A stretch of 38,820 nucleotides of DNA from IMG/VR virus record IMGVR_UViG_2908572912_000003; one strand, given 5' to 3'. Each line of letters opens with the position of its first letter. Position 1 is the first letter of the stretch. The notes beneath the pieces are model-generated. The model did not search any database. It was not told the DNA's origin and saw only the letters and a list, made by a program, of their open reading frames with translations. Positions 17,089 to 26,743 of the stretch are shown here, piece by piece. Position numbers and translations under genes: made by a program. Source of the DNA: a virus (Duplodnaviria; Heunggongvirae; Uroviricota; Caudoviricetes).

Positions 17089-18294
17089 ATGGCGGTAGAT
17101 ATTAAAGATGTCGAACAGGTCGCGCAGGAGCTGCAGCAGAAGTTTGACGACTTCAAAGCAAAGAACGACAAGCGCGTGGATGCGATTGAGCAGGAAAAAA
17201 GCAAGCTTGCCGGGCAGGTGGAAACCCTGAACGGAAAACTCAGCGAGCTGGAAAACCTCAAAAGCGATCTTGAAAAAGAGCTGCTTGAGCTGAAACGTCC
17301 GGCAGGTGGTGCGCAAAATAAACTGACCACCGAGCATAAAGAAGCGTTTGTGGGCTTCCTGCGTAAAGGCCGTGAAGATGGTCTGCGCGATCTGGAGCGC
17401 AAGGCATTACAGGTGGGCACCGATGAAGACGGCGGCTATGCCGTGCCGGAAGCGCTGGATCGCAACATTCTGACCTTGCTGAAAGATGAAGTGGTGATGC
17501 GTCAGGAAGCCACGGTGATCACCATTGGTGGTTCCGACTACAAAAAACTGGTGAATCTGGGCGGCACGGCTTCCGGATGGGTTGGCGAGACTGACGCGCG
17601 CTCCCAGACTGCCACCTCAAAACTGGGCCTGATTGAACCTTTCATGGGGGAAATCTACGGTAACCCGCAGGCCACCCAGAAAATGCTGGATGATGCCTTT
17701 TTCAACGTGGAAGCATGGATCAACAGCGAGCTGGCAACCGAATTTGCCGAACAGGAAGAAATTGCCTTTACCACCGGCGATGGTACCAAGAAGCCGAAAG
17801 GGTTCCTGGCGTATGAATCCACTGATGAAACCGATAAGGTCCGGGCGTTCGGCAAACTTCAGCATATTGTATCCGGCGAAGCGACGGCGGTGACCGCAGA
17901 CGCCATTATCAAACTGATTTACACGCTGCGTAAGGCACACCGCATCGGCGCGAAGTTCATGATGAACAACAACAGCCTGTTTGCCATCCGTCTGCTTAAA
18001 GACAGCGAGGGTAACTATCTGTGGCGTCCGGGGCTGGAACTGGGGCAGCCGTCCTCTCTGGCGGGTTACGGTATCGCTGAAAACGAACAGATGCCGGATA
18101 TCGCCGCTGATGCGAAAGCCATTGCATTTGGTAACTTCAAACGGGGTTACACCATCGTTGACCGTATCGGCACCCGCATTCTGCGTGACCCGTACACCAA
18201 TAAACCGTTTGTCGGTTTTTATACCACCAAGCGCACCGGCGGGATGCTGGTCGATTCGCAGGCCATCAAACTGCTGAAGATTGCAGCGGCGTAA
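17089..18294 (+). CDS. Major capsid protein (HK97 fold) with N-terminal coiled-coil delta domain
   Basis: 401 aa; coiled-coil N-terminus (ELQQKFDDFKAKNDKRVDAIEQEK...) followed by the capsid domain; AGGAG ribosome-binding site. Confidence 0.85.
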   Translation: MAVDIKDVEQVAQELQQKFDDFKAKNDKRVDAIEQEKSKLAGQVETLNGKLSELENLKSDLEKELLELKRPAGGAQNKLTTEHKEAFVGFLRKGREDGLRDLERKALQVGTDEDGGYAVPEALDRNILTLLKDEVVMRQEATVITIGGSDYKKLVNLGGTASGWVGETDARSQTATSKLGLIEPFMGEIYGNPQATQKMLDDAFFNVEAWINSELATEFAEQEEIAFTTGDGTKKPKGFLAYESTDETDKVRAFGKLQHIVSGEATAVTADAIIKLIYTLRKAHRIGAKFMMNNNSLFAIRLLKDSEGNYLWRPGLELGQPSSLAGYGIAENEQMPDIAADAKAIAFGNFKRGYTIVDRIGTRILRDPYTNKPFVGFYTTKRTGGMLVDSQAIKLLKIAAA

Positions 18295-18301
18295 TCACTC
18301 A

Positions 18302-18322
18302 GGGGCGCGGAACCGCGCCCCC
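18302..18322 (+). terminator. GC-rich hairpin after the major capsid gene (possible attenuator)
   Basis: GGGGCGCGG aa CCGCGCCCC perfect palindrome directly after the capsid stop; the following T-tract is weak. Confidence 0.3.
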
Positions 18323-18343
18323 TGTTCTGACGGGTGAAGAATC

Positions 18344-18544
18344 ATGATCCTGAAACAAGATCTGAAATGGTCACCGGACGGTATGCGTGTTGAGGTCATT
18401 CGGGCCGGTGAGTATGACGACGGGGCGCTTCCTGCCCGGGTGCAGGAGATTGCACTTCAGGCCGGGTTAGCAGAGCGCGGAATCAGTGCAAAAAGCAGTA
18501 AAGCGGCAAAAGAGAAAAAAGCCACGACCAGTAAAGAGGGCTGA
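18344..18544 (+). CDS. Hypothetical small head-region protein
   Basis: 66-aa ORF between the capsid and connector genes. Confidence 0.4.
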   Translation: MILKQDLKWSPDGMRVEVIRAGEYDDGALPARVQEIALQAGLAERGISAKSSKAAKEKKATTSKEG

Positions 18545-18546
18545 GT

Positions 18547-18870
18547 ATGCTTCTGACAATGGAAGAGATTAAAGCCCAACTCCGGCTGGATGAGGATTTC
18601 GATGCTGATGACCGCCATCTGCAACTGCTGGCCTGTGCGGCACAAAAGCGGACGGAAACGTATCTGAACCGGAAGCTCTATGCACCGGATGAAACCATTC
18701 CGGACAGCGATCCGGACGGGCTGCACCTGCCGGATGATATTCGTCTGGGGATGCTGATGCTTATCAGCCATTTTTACGAAAACCGCTCGTCGGTTACGGA
18801 AGTGGAGAAACTCGACATGCCGCAGAGTTTTGGCTGGCTTGTCGGCCCGTACAGGTACTTTCCGCAATGA
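18547..18870 (+). CDS. Head-tail connector protein (gp6-like)
   Basis: 107-aa ORF with GAGGG ribosome-binding site in the expected position of the morphogenesis cluster. Confidence 0.55.
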   Translation: MLLTMEEIKAQLRLDEDFDADDRHLQLLACAAQKRTETYLNRKLYAPDETIPDSDPDGLHLPDDIRLGMLMLISHFYENRSSVTEVEKLDMPQSFGWLVGPYRYFPQ

Positions 18871-19277
18871 AAATTCGTCAGGCGCAGACCAGCGCAACCT
18901 ACATTCTGCCGGACCCCGGTGAACTGAATAAACGCGTCCTGATCCGCCTGCGGGTGGATATGCCCGCGGATAACTTTGGCGTGGAGCCTCAATACCCGGT
19001 TACGTTCCGGACATGGGCGAAGGTTATCCAGACCAGTGCCACCACCTGGCAGGAAACCGCGCAGACCGGGGACGCCATCACCCATTACATCACCATTCGT
19101 TACCGCCGGGGGATCACCGCTGATTATGAGGTGGTCTGCGGTGACAGTGTGTACCGGGTGAAACGTCAGCGCGATCTGAACGGGGCGCGGCGCTTTCTGC
19201 TGCTGGAGTGTACGGAGCTGGGCGAATGTAGGCAGAGTCACGGAGGCAACAATGACGACTTCCTTTTTGCACGTTGA
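18867..19277 (+). CDS. Head closure / head-tail adaptor protein
   Basis: 136-aa ORF, start overlapping the upstream stop; assignment by position. Confidence 0.45.
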   Translation: MKIRQAQTSATYILPDPGELNKRVLIRLRVDMPADNFGVEPQYPVTFRTWAKVIQTSATTWQETAQTGDAITHYITIRYRRGITADYEVVCGDSVYRVKRQRDLNGARRFLLLECTELGECRQSHGGNNDDFLFAR

Positions 19278-19758
19278 TTTTCAGCAGCCCGCGGAGATGC
19301 GCTTTAACCGCGCCCGTGTCCGGCGGGCGTTTGTCACGATTGGTCAGCGTCATATGCGTGATGCCCGTCGGCTGGTGATGCGCCGTGCGCGGTCGGCACC
19401 GGGTGAAAACCCCGGTTATCAGACCGGACGCCTGGCTCGTTCAATTGGTTACATGGTACCCAGAGCCAGTAAACATCGCCCTGGTTTTATGGCACGTATA
19501 GCCCCTAACCAGCGTAATGGAGAGGGAAACCGCCGTATCACCGGTGATTTTTATCCGGCTTTTTTGTTCTATGGCGTGAGGCGAGGGGCAAAGCGTCGTC
19601 GCAGCCATCATCGTGGTGCATCCGGTGGCAGCGGCTGGCGACTGGCTCCACGTAATAACTTCATGGTGGAAACTCTTGAAAAGAACCGCAGCTGGACACG
19701 CTATTTTCTGGCGCGGGAATTGCGTAAATCACTGAAGCCGGAGCGACGACACAGATGA
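19252..19758 (+). CDS. HK97 gp10-like neck / tail completion protein
   Basis: 168-aa basic protein with GGAGG ribosome-binding site; assignment by position. Confidence 0.45.
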   Translation: MTTSFLHVDFQQPAEMRFNRARVRRAFVTIGQRHMRDARRLVMRRARSAPGENPGYQTGRLARSIGYMVPRASKHRPGFMARIAPNQRNGEGNRRITGDFYPAFLFYGVRRGAKRRRSHHRGASGGSGWRLAPRNNFMVETLEKNRSWTRYFLARELRKSLKPERRHR

Positions 19759-20315
19759 AACTGACGCCTGTTATTGCTGCACTGCGTGCCCGCTGTCCGT
19801 ATTTTGAAAACCGGGTTGCAGGCGCGGCCCAGTTCAAAAATCTGCCGGAGGTCGGAAAGCTGAAACTCCCGGCGGCATATGTTGTACCGGGTGATGATTC
19901 TCCGGGAGAAAACAAAAGCCAGACCGACTACTGGCAGGAGCTGAAAGAGGGTTTCTCCGTGGTTGTCATACTGAGTAACGGGCGTGATGAGCGCGGTCAG
20001 TTTGCCTCGTATGATGTGGTGGACGATGTCCGGCAGATGCTCTTTAAGGCTCTGCTGGGCTGGAACCCGGAGGCGTGCGGTAACCCGATTACCTATGACG
20101 GCGGCACGCTGCTGGATCTGAATCGTCATGAGCTGATTTATCAGTTCGATTTTTCGGTCATCAGCGAGCTAACCGAAGACGATACCCGCCAGCAGGATGA
20201 GCTGAACAGTCTGGATGAACTGCGAACGCTGGCGATTGATGTTGATTATCTCGATCCCGGTAACGGGCCTGACGGCGATATCGAACATCACACCGAAATA
20301 CCCCTTCCTTCCTGA
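19755..20315 (+). CDS. Phage tail-proximal structural protein (tail terminator-like)
   Basis: 186-aa ORF, overlapping start, immediately upstream of the sheath gene. Confidence 0.4.
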   Translation: MKLTPVIAALRARCPYFENRVAGAAQFKNLPEVGKLKLPAAYVVPGDDSPGENKSQTDYWQELKEGFSVVVILSNGRDERGQFASYDVVDDVRQMLFKALLGWNPEACGNPITYDGGTLLDLNRHELIYQFDFSVISELTEDDTRQQDELNSLDELRTLAIDVDYLDPGNGPDGDIEHHTEIPLPS

Positions 20316-20323
20316 GGATCCTC

Positions 20324-20494
20324 ATGTTTGTTAAACCTGTTAAAGGGCGGTCAGTGCCTGACCCTGCCCGCGGCGACCTTTTGCCCGCCGAAGGGCGAAA
20401 TGTTGACGAGAACAACTACTGGCTGCGCCGTGAAGCAGCGGGTGATATCCGGCGCGTGAATAAAAAGGTGAATACCGATGACGATAAGCTTTAA
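20324..20494 (+). CDS. Small conserved phage protein (DUF2635-like), not in the supplied ORF track
   Basis: 56-codon ORF (MFVKPVKGRSVPDPARGDLLPAEGRNVDENNYW...) found by hand; its 3' end overlaps the sheath start. Confidence 0.35.
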   Translation: MFVKPVKGRSVPDPARGDLLPAEGRNVDENNYWLRREAAGDIRRVNKKVNTDDDKL

Positions 20495-21974
20495 CACCAT
20501 TCCGTCGAATACGCTGGTTCCGTTGTTTTATGCGGAAATGGATAACTCGGCGGCGAATACTGCACAGGACAGCGGAGCATCGCTGCTGATTGGTCATGCC
20601 AATAACGGTGCAGAGATTGTTGCCAACAGTCTGGTACTGATGCCGTCGGCAGACTATGCACGCCAGATTTGTGGTGCGGGAAGTCAGCTGGCGCGTATGG
20701 TCGAGGCTTATCGCCAGACTGACCCGTTTGGCGAGCTGTATGTGATTGCCGTTCCTGAATCCACCGGCGCGGCGGCAACGGTTACGCTGACGGTGACCGG
20801 GGCGGCAACCGAAACCGGCACGGTGAATGTGTATGTGGGACGTACCCGCGTGCAGGCACCGGTGACTAACGGCGATAACGTCACGATGATTGCCAGCAGT
20901 ATCCAGGATGCCATCAATGCCGTTCCGACCCTGCCGTTTACGGCTTCATCTTCGGCAGGCGTGGTCACACTGACCGCGCGTCATAAGGGGCTTTGCGGGA
21001 ATGAAATTCCTGTCAGCCTCAATTACTACGGCTTTGGTGGGGGCGAAGTGCTGCCAGCGGGCGTACAGATTGCCGTGGCGACGGGTACCGCCGGAACGGG
21101 TGCTCCGGTTCTCACCGGCGCGGTGGCTGCAATGGCGGATGAGCCGTTTGATTATATCGGCCTGCCGTTCAACGACACGGCCTCCGTTAACACGCTGGTG
21201 ACCGAGATGAACGATACCAGCGGTCGCTGGAGCTATGCGCGTCAGCTGTATGGTCATGTGTATACGGCAAAGATCGGCACGCTGTCAGAACTGGTGACCG
21301 CAGGTGACCAGTTTAACCAGCAGCACATTACCCTGGCGGGGTACGAAAAAGAGACCCAGACGCCTGCCGACGAGCTGGCGGCAAGCCGTACCGCCCGCGC
21401 GGCGGTGTTTATCCGCAACGATCCGGCACGTCCCACGCAGACCGGTGAGCTGGTGGGTATGCTGCCTGCGCCGAAGGGGAAACGGTTCACGATGACCGAA
21501 CAACAGACCCTGCTGTCTCATGGCGTGGCAACGGCGTATGTCGAAAGCGGGGTACTGCGCATTCAGCGTGATGTCACCACGTACAGGAAAAACGCTTACG
21601 GGGTTGCGGATAACAGCTACCTCGACAGCGAGACTCTGCATACCAGCGCGTATGTACTGCGCAAACTGAAATCCGTCATTACCAGTAAGTACGGGCGTCA
21701 CAAGCTTGCCAGTGACGGTACCCGCTTTGGGCCCGGTCAGGCGATTGTCACCCCGGCGATGATCAAAGGGGAACTGCTGGCAACCTACCGTCAGCTCGAG
21801 CGTGCGGGGATCGTGGAAAACTACGAACTGTTCAAGCAGTACCTGGTTGTGGAGCGTGATGCCAGCGATCCGAACCGCCTGAACACGCTGTTCCCGCCTG
21901 ACTATGTTAACCAGTTGCGTGTCTTTGCCGTGGTTAACCAGTTCCGTCTTCAGTATTCAGAGGAGTCTGCATAA
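20478..21974 (+). CDS. Contractile tail sheath protein (Mu gpL-like)
   Basis: 498 aa, Gly/Thr/Ala-rich; followed by tube, chaperone and tape measure genes in the Mu-like myovirus order. Confidence 0.8.
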   Translation: MTISFNTIPSNTLVPLFYAEMDNSAANTAQDSGASLLIGHANNGAEIVANSLVLMPSADYARQICGAGSQLARMVEAYRQTDPFGELYVIAVPESTGAAATVTLTVTGAATETGTVNVYVGRTRVQAPVTNGDNVTMIASSIQDAINAVPTLPFTASSSAGVVTLTARHKGLCGNEIPVSLNYYGFGGGEVLPAGVQIAVATGTAGTGAPVLTGAVAAMADEPFDYIGLPFNDTASVNTLVTEMNDTSGRWSYARQLYGHVYTAKIGTLSELVTAGDQFNQQHITLAGYEKETQTPADELAASRTARAAVFIRNDPARPTQTGELVGMLPAPKGKRFTMTEQQTLLSHGVATAYVESGVLRIQRDVTTYRKNAYGVADNSYLDSETLHTSAYVLRKLKSVITSKYGRHKLASDGTRFGPGQAIVTPAMIKGELLATYRQLERAGIVENYELFKQYLVVERDASDPNRLNTLFPPDYVNQLRVFAVVNQFRLQYSEESA

Positions 21975-22330
21975 TGGCCCGTATCGGGGGAACCTGTTAT
22001 TTCAAAATTGACGGTCAGCAGCTATCGCTGACCGGCGGCATTGAGGTGCCCATGAACAGGACGGTCAATGATGACATCATCGGCCTGGACGGTTCAGTGG
22101 ACCGCAAGGAAACTCACCGTGCGCCTTATGTCAAAGGGACCTTCAAGGTGCCGAAGAATTTTCCGGTGAGCAAAATCACCTCATCTGATGAGATGACCAT
22201 CACTGCCGAGCTGGCGAACGGTCAGGTCTATGTACTGTCGTCTGCCTGGCTGCACGGCGAAGCGAACCATAATGCCGAAGAAGGCACGGTCGATCTTGAG
22301 TTCCACGGTGAAGAAGGGGATTACCAGTAA
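21974..22330 (+). CDS. Tail tube protein
   Basis: 118-aa ORF directly after the sheath gene. Confidence 0.7.
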   Translation: MARIGGTCYFKIDGQQLSLTGGIEVPMNRTVNDDIIGLDGSVDRKETHRAPYVKGTFKVPKNFPVSKITSSDEMTITAELANGQVYVLSSAWLHGEANHNAEEGTVDLEFHGEEGDYQ

Positions 22331-22599
22331 TGAAAGAGCTTGAGTTAAAGAAACCGATTACCGCTCATGGCGAGACACTCTCCGTACTGGAGTTTGATGA
22401 GCCCACCGGGAAAGATGTCCGCGAGCTGGGGTATCCCTACCAGATGAATCAGGATGAGTCCGTCAGACTTCTGGCGCATGTGGTATCGAAATACATTGTG
22501 CGGCTGGCGAAAGTGCCGCAAAGCTCTGTCGACCAGATGTCTCCGGCAGACTTGAATGCAGCGGCGTGGCTTGTGGCTGGTTTTTTCCTCCAGGCCTGA
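22330..22599 (+). CDS. Tail assembly chaperone, with a probable -1 frameshifted extension to 22748
   Basis: 89-aa ORF upstream of the tape measure gene; T_TTT_TTC slippery heptamer near 22580-22587; the -1 frame stays open to 22748. Confidence 0.6.
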   Translation: MKELELKKPITAHGETLSVLEFDEPTGKDVRELGYPYQMNQDESVRLLAHVVSKYIVRLAKVPQSSVDQMSPADLNAAAWLVAGFFLQA

Positions 22600-22740
22600 C
22601 GGCTGAATACCTCACTGATCGCTTCTTTGACTGCGCCAGCTACTGGCGCATTAATCCCTTCGAATTGCTGAATATGCCGATCAGTGAAATTCCCTTGCTG
22701 GTCAGTCAGGCAAACAGGATAGAGCAGGAGAAACGCACAC

Positions 22741-24582
22741 ATGGCTGAATTTGAGCTTAAGGCGTTGATCACCGGTGTCGACAGGCTTTCTCCCGCGCTG
22801 TCGAAAATGCAAAAGAAAATCCGGGGATTTAAACGCCAGGCGGAAGAAGCGTCACAGGGTGGGCTGGCGCTTGGTGGCGGACTGGCAGCGGGTCTGACGC
22901 TTTCTCTGAAATCTTATGCCGATCAGGAAAACGCCGCCACCGGGCTGAAAGTCGCCATGATGGATGCGAACGGCGAGGTTGGAAAGAGCTTTCAGGACAT
23001 CAATAAACTGGCTATTGGCCTGGGTAACCAGCTACCCGGTACAACAGCTGATTTTCAGAACATGATGCAGATGCTGGTGCGTCAGGGGATCCCGGCAGAA
23101 AACATTCTTGGCGGTGTGGGTAAAGCGACAGCTTTTCTTGCGGTACAACTGAAAAAAACACCGGAAGCGGCTGCTGAGTTTGCCGCAAAGATGCAGGATG
23201 CTACCGGAACGGCGTCAGAAGACATGATGGGGCTGTTCGACACTATCCAGAAGGCGTTTTATCTGGGCGTTGACGATACCAACATGTTGTCCTTCTTCAC
23301 TAAAACCAGCTCTGTTCTGAAGATGGTGAACAAGGACGGTCTTCAGGCTGCACAGAGCCTTGCCCCCATCAGCGTCATGATGGATCAGATGGGGATGAAC
23401 GGGGAGTCGGCAGGTAATGCCCTGCGAAAAGTTATCCAGTCCGGATTAAGCGTTAAGAAAATCAGGGACGTCAATAAAGTTATGGCCCGTCAGAAACTCG
23501 GGGTACAGCTCGATTTTACTGACGGCAAAGGAAGTTTTGGCGGTCTTGATAACATGTTTAAGCAACTGGCAAAGCTGCGAAAACTTACCGACGTTAAGCG
23601 AACAGGTGTACTTAAGGCAATATTTGGTGATGATGCCGAAACCCTTCAGGTGGTCAATGCGCTGATCGATAAAGGAAAGGATGGTTACGATCAGATCCAG
23701 CAAAAGATGAATAAACAGGCCAGCCTGAATAAACGTGTTCAGGCACAGCTTGGTACGCTGTCCAACCTGTGGGAGGCAATGACGGGGACCGCAACTAACG
23801 GCCTTGCGGCTATTGGCGGCGCATTTTCTGGTGACGCCAAAAATATCACGCAATGGCTGGGGGAGTTGGGGGAAAAATTCACGAAGTTTGCGGATGAAAA
23901 TCCCCGGGTTATTCGCGGCGTCGTCGGGCTTGCTGCCGGTCTTGCGATTCTGAAACTGGGATTGATGGGCGTGGGCAGTGCCATCAGCATTGTCAGCAGG
24001 ATCATGTCGATGACGCCGATTGGCATGATTGCGACGGCGATAGCCCTGGCTGCGGGATTAATTATCACTAACTGGGATGTTGTCGGACCTTATTTCAAGA
24101 AGCTCTGGGAAACCATTGGTCCTTATTTTGAGGCTGGCTGGGAACTCCTTAAGAAAGTTTTTGCCTGGTCGCCGATGGGGATGGTGATCAATAACTGGGG
24201 GCCGGTTGTTAAGTGGTTTCAGGATATGTGGGACAAGCTGAAGCCAATTATTGAGTGGTTTACCGACAGTTCCGGTGACACGGTCGATGCCATTAACTCT
24301 GCGCAGTGGGGCGCGGGTGCTTATGATGCTTATGGGACGGGAATACCGGCACGGGGATACACTCCTTATCCGGCGGTGGATCCGGCTCAGGCAAACAACG
24401 CCTCCGATGCCACAGGCCCGAATCCCTTCATGATTAATAAAGCTTCTGCGCCAAAAGTTGATGGTGAGATCAAGGTATCTTTTGTGAATTCGCCTCCGGG
24501 TATGCGGGTTATGGAAACGCGATCCAGCGGTATCGACGTGAATCACGACGTTGGCTACACCCGATTTGGTATGGGGGGCTGA
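22741..24582 (+). CDS. Tail tape measure protein
   Basis: 613 aa; helical N-terminal part, hydrophobic Gly/Ala-rich central segment (GVVGLAAGLAILKLGLMGVGSAISIVS...). Confidence 0.85.
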   Translation: MAEFELKALITGVDRLSPALSKMQKKIRGFKRQAEEASQGGLALGGGLAAGLTLSLKSYADQENAATGLKVAMMDANGEVGKSFQDINKLAIGLGNQLPGTTADFQNMMQMLVRQGIPAENILGGVGKATAFLAVQLKKTPEAAAEFAAKMQDATGTASEDMMGLFDTIQKAFYLGVDDTNMLSFFTKTSSVLKMVNKDGLQAAQSLAPISVMMDQMGMNGESAGNALRKVIQSGLSVKKIRDVNKVMARQKLGVQLDFTDGKGSFGGLDNMFKQLAKLRKLTDVKRTGVLKAIFGDDAETLQVVNALIDKGKDGYDQIQQKMNKQASLNKRVQAQLGTLSNLWEAMTGTATNGLAAIGGAFSGDAKNITQWLGELGEKFTKFADENPRVIRGVVGLAAGLAILKLGLMGVGSAISIVSRIMSMTPIGMIATAIALAAGLIITNWDVVGPYFKKLWETIGPYFEAGWELLKKVFAWSPMGMVINNWGPVVKWFQDMWDKLKPIIEWFTDSSGDTVDAINSAQWGAGAYDAYGTGIPARGYTPYPAVDPAQANNASDATGPNPFMINKASAPKVDGEIKVSFVNSPPGMRVMETRSSGIDVNHDVGYTRFGMGG

Positions 24583-24586
24583 TACC

Positions 24587-25925
24587 CATAAGCGCTAACT
24601 TAAGGGTTGAACCATCTGAAGAATGCGACGCCTCGGTGCCTCGTTAAGACGATGCCTCGCGTTCTTCAATTGCGTTTTGTAGGCTGTCAGGGATACTGTC
24701 CCACGAATGGCCACCTGTAAGCTCCAGATGACCATTTTTGTTATTCTCCACAACGAGTTAGTTCTTCTTTTCGGATCCGGCACTTCTGGGGGGGAAATCC
24801 AGCGATGGCTGGATTATGTCGTCAATTAAAAATGCGGCGAGTAGATTAGCAAATATCCACGCTTTCGCGAGTTCAGGTTCCTTTGCACGCAAAGCATCCA
24901 GGTGCAGCAAACTTTTGAGCCGCTTAAAAGCCAGTTCAATTTGCCATCGCAGACGGTAACAATCAGCCACTTGCTCTGCTGAATATTCATCTTCCGGTAA
25001 TGATGTTAGCAATAGCACATGGCCCGCTGCTTCCAGCGTTTCCGCCTGAACTACTCGTCCTTTTCGACGATTCTCGCTGAGCAGTCGGGTTTTACTGATT
25101 AATGCTTTTTCGGGAGGAAGTGATACGGCAATGAGACGTGCCGGAAAGGGAGCTCCGGCTTTTTTATTACCTGAATTGCCTATCATTACAGTGGTTTCAC
25201 CGTTCTTACCGCAATCCAGCCCGCGCAGAAAACCCATCATGTCAAAGCGCATTCCTTCTGCAGTTAACCAGCGCAATCCTCGCCAGTGAACCCGGACGAT
25301 ATAATCAGCTTCTCCAAAAGCAAGTGAGCGGATACATTCGGGACGCGAACCGAATCCCCGGTCAGCAATGCGTATCTCGTCTGCCGTTTGCGCAAATCGG
25401 TCCAGCCGTTCAGCGTCTCTGCTGTCGGTTAGCTCAAAATCAGTGAACTGACAGGTATGAGGATCATATCCCATATGTAGTCGCCATTCAGCGCTGCCGC
25501 CCCCGGGCGCACTGATTGCTGTTCCATCGACAAGACGCAATCTCTTTCCGCTTGTACAACCCGTAACTGCGGCGCGTACAGCAAGTGTTTGTGCGGCAAG
25601 TATGCCAAACCAGTCGGCGGCATTCCGCAGCCGCTTCAGGAGAGCCACGTCAGATAATGTTGCAACGTCATGGAGCTGAGCCCATGCAGTGACTTCACGT
25701 AATGACATCCCCCCGGGGCCGTAAGCCAGCCCCAGACGTAGCAGAGTTGCAGCATCACGAATTTCGCGGCGGCGGGTTAGAGCCCCGGCATTACGTGCCG
25801 AAGTATCCAGTTCTTCGGGCTTACCAATATGGGCCAGAATTGCTGACCAGTTATCGTGAGAGTAATTCATCGGCACGTTAAATCATATCAGGCGTAATAC
25901 CACAACCCTTAAGTTAGCGCTTATG
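24587..25925 (-). mobile_element. IS186 (IS4 family) insertion
   Basis: Terminal inverted repeats CATAAGCGCTAACTTAAGGGTTG (24587-) and CAACCCTTAAGTTAGCGCTTATG (-25925); direct repeats GGCTGATACC(C) on both flanks; 1339 bp. Confidence 0.85.
24758..25876 (-). CDS. insL: IS186 transposase (InsL-like, IS4 family)
   Basis: 372 aa containing MNYSHDNWSAILAHIGKPEELDTSARNAG..., matching recalled IS186 transposase. Confidence 0.85.
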   Translation of the reverse strand: MPMNYSHDNWSAILAHIGKPEELDTSARNAGALTRRREIRDAATLLRLGLAYGPGGMSLREVTAWAQLHDVATLSDVALLKRLRNAADWFGILAAQTLAVRAAVTGCTSGKRLRLVDGTAISAPGGGSAEWRLHMGYDPHTCQFTDFELTDSRDAERLDRFAQTADEIRIADRGFGSRPECIRSLAFGEADYIVRVHWRGLRWLTAEGMRFDMMGFLRGLDCGKNGETTVMIGNSGNKKAGAPFPARLIAVSLPPEKALISKTRLLSENRRKGRVVQAETLEAAGHVLLLTSLPEDEYSAEQVADCYRLRWQIELAFKRLKSLLHLDALRAKEPELAKAWIFANLLAAFLIDDIIQPSLDFPPRSAGSEKKN

Positions 25926-26012
25926 GGCTGATACCCCGCTTAAACACGGGTTTTGTCGTTTAGCAGGTTCTTGGTAGGATTAGTCCGATACTTTAATGAT
26001 GGGAATAGGGAT

Positions 26013-26690
26013 ATGAAAGTCTTAACAATTTATTCAGTTGTCGGCATGGCTCTTTTACTCGGGGGATGTACCTCTCCGAAGTACAATTATTTACCAAAAA
26101 CAGAAAATTATAGTGAACCTCCTGTAGGAAGCATTAATACAGCTTATGTCGGTGATTCAATGATTAAGCAGGGGGTGTCACAGAGGTTTGAAGGTCTGAA
26201 GGTTAATGCTCCTGCGAGAATTTCCTGGGCGTATACGATCACTCCGGGGATGCTGAAAAAGGTTGGTGAGGATAACAAGGCTGATTATTACTTTCTCACA
26301 AACGGTGCTGATTCAGCCAATGTGGAAAAGGCAGCCCTTGCCGATATGTGGCAGGGCATCATGGTAGAAAAGAAAAAGAATGCCTTATGTGTAATAACAG
26401 TTTTCGGTGTTACCAACTGTGAAACTAACATGCCTATCGAAAAGGTTACTCTGAATATCAGTGGTGATTCATCTTTCCAGCAAGCTCTGCTTTACAACGG
26501 AAGGGTCGGAAACAAAATCAACATTGGATATCGTGAATTTTCATCGAATACAGCACGCCCGGCCTTCAACAACGATGTTGAGTATGATCTCGCGGAGTCT
26601 AAAACAATTGGCTATAAAGGGGCTAAATTCGAAGTACTTGATGCGAGTAACCAAAGCATAAGGTATCGGGTAATAAGTAACTTTAGATAA
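26013..26690 (+). CDS. Lipoprotein (phage accessory gene)
   Basis: 225 aa; signal peptide with lipobox (MKVLTIYSVVGMALLLGGC); AGGGA ribosome-binding site; its own terminator follows. Confidence 0.65.
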   Translation: MKVLTIYSVVGMALLLGGCTSPKYNYLPKTENYSEPPVGSINTAYVGDSMIKQGVSQRFEGLKVNAPARISWAYTITPGMLKKVGEDNKADYYFLTNGADSANVEKAALADMWQGIMVEKKKNALCVITVFGVTNCETNMPIEKVTLNISGDSSFQQALLYNGRVGNKINIGYREFSSNTARPAFNNDVEYDLAESKTIGYKGAKFEVLDASNQSIRYRVISNFR

Positions 26691-26704
26691 GCGATAATTT
26701 AATG

Positions 26705-26728
26705 AAACCCGCTTCGGCGGGTTTTTTT
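26705..26728 (+). terminator. Rho-independent terminator after the lipoprotein gene
   Basis: AAACCCGC ttcg GCGGGTTT hairpin followed by a T-run. Confidence 0.6.
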
Positions 26729-26743
26729 ATATCCGGAGTTTAT

